A stretch of 64,000 nt of DNA. Source: Octopus vulgaris. Lineage: Eukaryota. Below the pieces are notes generated by a model. The model saw only the letters and a program-made list of their open reading frames with translations. It was not told the DNA's origin and did not search any database. Location: contig OX597815.1 of the NCBI GenBank assembly GCA_951406725.2, positions 21,018,001-21,082,000 on the forward strand. Direction: 5' to 3'. Position 1 is the stretch's first letter; every line of letters begins with the position of its first letter. The translations under genes were made by a program, and so were the position numbers. Positions 58,707 through 64,000 of this stretch are shown here, piece by piece.

Positions 58707-58914
58707 GGGAGAATTCAATATGCATGTATGTATTCAGTCAAACACGTATAGTAATTAACAAAGGAACGCAAGAAAGATACAGAAGGTCAAGTTGAAAACC
58801 ATATACTAAATGCACAGACGAAAGGAGAACAAACACAGGTCACCAACTCCTAATCAGTTATTGGCCAAGGAGTCGAGTGCAATTTCGTGCCAAAATATTA
58901 TATATATATATATA

Positions 58915-59422
58915 CCGTAAATCCTCGAGTATAATCCGCATTTTCCCCAAAAAATTTAATGGTCAAAATCCTTAGTGCGAGGTTAAAAATGAAAAATATT
59001 TTCTAAGCAATGTCCGAGTCTCTATTTGCTGTCCGGCAATGTTTATTCAGACGCATTTTGTGATGTCGGGCGCGAAAATACCTTAAGCTAAGCCTGAAAG
59101 CAATGAAGTCATAAAAGAATCATCCAAAACTTGCAGTAAGCAACATTTATTAAACGTTATTACTGTTATTACTGTTATTTCTTTATTTTCTGCAAACAAA
59201 ATGCACAAAAAAGCTACGTTTGCATTATGTTATATATACAATAATAATAAAGGACGTTACCGTATACATTTCTACAAACAAAGAACATTATATAGACCTC
59301 CTTGTCTCAAGTTAGAGAAGGGGTGCGTATTATACACAAGGTTTGGGTTTTTCAGAGGTACAGCTTCCTAAAAATCCCCTGCGTATTATACTCAAGGGCG
59401 GACTATACTCGAGGATTTACGG
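58915..59422. mobile_element. pogo/Tc1-superfamily MITE, 508 bp, TA target duplication
   Basis: Perfect 19 bp TIR ccgtaaatcctcgagtata / tatactcgaggatttacgg with TA on both sides. Subterminal tgcgtattatac repeats at about 59325 and 59380. Confidence 0.92.
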
Positions 59423-59974
59423 TATATATATACAAGTGTGTGTGATATATATAATATAATATATATTACATACACATATGCATATATATATGTATCCGAT
59501 GAGAATAGAATACAATATATCAATACGTACGTGCACACACACTGGGATGTGTATGTCAGTAAGTGTCGTTAATTCATTCCGTCGGTACTCAGAGTTTCTG
59601 GCAATGTGCGATGTTCCCTCTCTCTTTCTTTCCCTATGTCTGTACCTTCCTCTCTCCCTCACTCTCTCTTTCTCTCTCTCTTTCTCTTTCTCTCTCTCTC
59701 TCTTTCTCTTTCTCTCTCTCTTTCTCTTTCTCTCTCTCTCTCTCTCACACACACACATGCATACATGATATCCATATATATGTATACATGCATATATACC
59801 TACATGCTTATGTGCATACACACGTGCATACATACTCGTACAAGGCACAGATCAGACATAGAGCTATATATGCGTATATATAATTAATTATACATGTCCA
59901 TACAGACATTTAAATTCTAAGTTGAATAAACACTGAAAATTAAAAGGCACAGTATGGAATGAATACTGTGCTAT

Positions 59975-60715
59975 ATATTAAATAAATATTATATATCATA
60001 ATATTAAATTAGAGTTGTAATGGTGTTGTATTTAATTAAAACAATTATATAATATCAAATTAAAATAGTTTAGATTTAAATTATAACAGTGTTGAAATTT
60101 TAAAATTTAAATAGTGGTACAATACAGAACTAAAAATCTCATATAATATTAAAGTAAATTATAGAATTAACCAATAGTTATATATTTAATTAAGACTATT
60201 GTATATTAGAATAAAACAATATTATAGAATTAAAATAGTGACATTGTATTAAGTATTAAGTTAAAACTAGTGTAATATAAAAATTAAAACCGCGATGTGA
60301 TATAATATTTTATTAAAATAGGGTAGAGTATTAAAATTGTGGTTTAGAGTAGCGTTTACTTAAAACTGTGATATAATATAAAGTAAAAACAGCGTTAAGG
60401 TAGTAAATTTAAATTGTGAAACAGTATTTTATAAACACAAAGGGCTAAGATAAAAGCAGAGTACAATACTTGAGTAAAACGATGAGCCTAGTTTTAAATT
60501 AAAACGAAAGTAGACTTTGAAATTAAACTGTGGCGTTGGATAAAATTAAAGATGCTGGGTTAAAGCAGTTGTGATTTAAACTAATACACTAGCTAAATAT
60601 TTAACCAAATCATTAGTAGAGAATAAAATTTGAGACAGTGGTATATTTAACAGCAGTATCGTATGAAATTTAAATACTGGCGCTTCTTATAATTTTAAAA
60701 TTAACAATGGTATTA
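59975..60715. repeat. Diverged AT-rich minisatellite, unit ~22-26 bp
   Basis: Recurrent aaattaaaa(c/t)agtg-like units. Confidence 0.55.
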
Positions 60716-60754
60716 TATATGTGTGTGTGTGATTATATATATAATATATATATT

Positions 60755-61258
<504 letters not shown>

Positions 61259-61267
61259 ATATCTATA

Positions 61268-61315
<48 letters not shown>

Positions 61316-61559
61316 ATAAGTGCATATCTATATTTATTACATGCGTATTATTTAATTATATTATATAATACATATATATATATATATTCATTTTCACATG
61401 CATACATTCACACACACACACAAACAAACAAGCACACGCACACACATACACACACACACATACATACACGCATATAGATACATATAAAAGGGTTTCTTCA
61501 CATGAGTAATTGCAAATATGTCGACAGAATTTTTTTACAAATCAGAATATACAGGTAAC

Positions 61560-61890
61560 TCACACACACACACACACACACTCACACACACACACATACA
61601 CACACACACACTCACACACACACTTACATACATACACAAACACACATACACATACATATACATACACGCACATACACACACACACTCACACACACTTACA
61701 TACATACACAAACACACATACACATACATATACATACACGCACATACACACACACACACACTCACACACACTTACATACATACACAAACACAAATACACA
61801 TACATATACATACACGCACATACACACACACACACACTCACACACACTTACATACATACACAAACACACATACACATACATATACATACA

Positions 61891-61954
<64 letters not shown>

Positions 61955-62723
61955 TACACACACACACATACACATACATATACATACACGCACATACACA
62001 CACACACACACTCACACACACTTACATACATACACAAACACACATACACATACATATACATACACGCACATACACACACACACACACACACTCACACACA
62101 CTTACATACATACACAAACACACATACACATACATATACATACACGCACACACACACACACACACACACATACACACATACACAAACACAAACACACATA
62201 CATATACATACACGCACATACACACACACACACACTCACACACACTTACATACATACACAAACACACATACACATACATATACATACACGCACACACACA
62301 CACACACACTCACACACACTTACATACATACACAAACACACATACACATACATATACATACACGCACATACACACACACACACACTCACACACACTTACA
62401 TACATACACAAACACACATACACACTACATACACACACACACACACTCACACACACTTACATACATACACAAACACACATACACATACATATACATACAC
62501 GCACATACACACACACACACACTCACACACACTTACATACATACACAAACACACATACACATACATATACATACACGCACATACACACACACACTCACAC
62601 ACACTTACATACATACACAAACACACATACACATACATATACATACACGCACATACACACACACACACACTCACACACACTTACATACATACACAAACAC
62701 ACATACACATACATATACATACA

Positions 62724-62778
<55 letters not shown>

Positions 62779-62876
62779 AAACACACATACACATACATAT
62801 ACATACACGCACATACACACACACACACATTCACACACACTTACATACATACACAAACACACATACACATACATAT

Positions 62877-62922
<46 letters not shown>

Positions 62923-62933
62923 ACATACATACA
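61560..62933. repeat. Higher-order minisatellite (~72-80 bp unit) built from CA/TACA microsatellite
   Basis: Unit ctcacacacacttacatacatacacaaacacacatacacatacatatacatacacgcacata(ca)n occurs about 15-18 times. Confidence 0.92.
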
Positions 62934-62969
62934 CTGAAATCTGAACCATCTGTGCAACTAGCTGGGATT

Positions 62970-63145
62970 GAAGACTACAGTTAGATGACGTCAGCTGGAC
63001 TTTCAGTTAAGCAGGTGTTCGGCACGTGACCCACGAACGGACTACCACAACACTAGTCGCGTGTCGGACGTCACATAAATTACATCTCCCCCGCTAACTG
63101 CGGACGCGTGACATAAGGCTGGAGTGACCTGATTTTTACACGAGA
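62970..63145. promoter_or_regulatory. Candidate cis-regulatory element
   Basis: Full CRE TGACGTCA at 62986-62993; E-boxes CAGCTG, CAGGTG and CACGTGAC (63023-63030); GACGTCAC at 63067; TGACCT at 63125. Locally CpG-rich. Confidence 0.45.
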
Positions 63146-63442
63146 AAAACCTTTATCAAAGAACTAGTAAATGAGCTAGAGAGAGAGAGAGAGGAGAGAG
63201 GAGGGAGGGGGAGGAGGAGGAAGCGTGTGGGTGAGCGTGACAGGCAGACAGACAGGCAGACTGACAGAGAGAGTGAGAGAGAGGGGGAGAGTGATGGAGA
63301 TGTGGGGAAGAAAGTGAAGAGACGTGTGTGGTGGTGGTGGTGGCAGAGGGCGAGTTGGGGGAGGGATAAAGAAAACCAGAAATGAGTGACATTGACAAAA
63401 AAAAAAATTAAAGCGGGAGGGGGACGGTAATCTTTGTGTGTA

Positions 63443-63517
<75 letters not shown>

Positions 63518-64000
63518 TCTATATGCGTATGTGCGTCTAGAGAGCAGTCATGCTACTGGAACCGTCACTTAAAAGATTACACTCCACACACACTTATTAC
63601 CCTGCTGCACTTTGAAAATTAAGCTTCTTCCTTGTTCTTTTTTATTCACAATCTGTCTTTACTATATATATATATCTATATCTCTACCCTCTCTCTCTCT
63701 CTCTCTCTCTCTTACACATTCTCCTCTCTCCTTCTCTCTCACCTTCGCTCTCTTTCTATCTCTCTTCCTTTCACTTTCTACCCCCCCACTCACACACTGC
63801 CCTTTCTATTAACCTATCTGTTTACACCGAGATTTTTACTCTTGTTTGTTTTATCAGTCCTATTTATCTCAGCCCATGTGCGCGCATGTGTATATGTATA
63901 CTGTGTGTATGTGTATGTATATTGTGTGTATGTGTGTATGTATATATATTGCGTGTGTGTGTATGTATATTATATGTGTGTGTGTAAACAAACACACACA

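Noticed and set aside
61560-62933. CRISPR-like repeat/spacer periodicity
   Set aside because: Linkers are (CA)n rather than unique spacers; eukaryotic context and no cas genes.
61510-62984. His/Thr-rich ORFs of 475-488 aa
   Set aside because: Translation of the CA-based minisatellite; several frames are open at once.

Overview
Eukaryotic, AT-rich, repeat-saturated non-coding window. The repeat families and extreme microsatellite load suggest a cephalopod, probably Octopus (inference). No intact protein-coding gene is supported: nearly all listed ORFs are read-throughs of (TA)n, (CA)n, (TATG)n, (GATA)n or (TAA)n tracts. Recognisable content includes several tRNA-derived SINE families, decayed R4/Dong-type LINEs at (TAA)n tracts, RTE-like LINE remnants, an internally deleted mariner, two pogo/Tigger-type MITEs, a fixed-end ~550 bp TAA-associated element, mini- and microsatellites, and a motif-dense candidate regulatory element near 63 kb. 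The best lead is a family of ~190 bp elements, mostly next to (TA)n, carrying a minimal type I hammerhead-ribozyme-like motif with an extra core A and a compensatory change in helix I (17.3, 36.1 and 44.1 kb). Several long near-perfect foldbacks are also present. All family assignments come from motif recognition by eye, not database searches.
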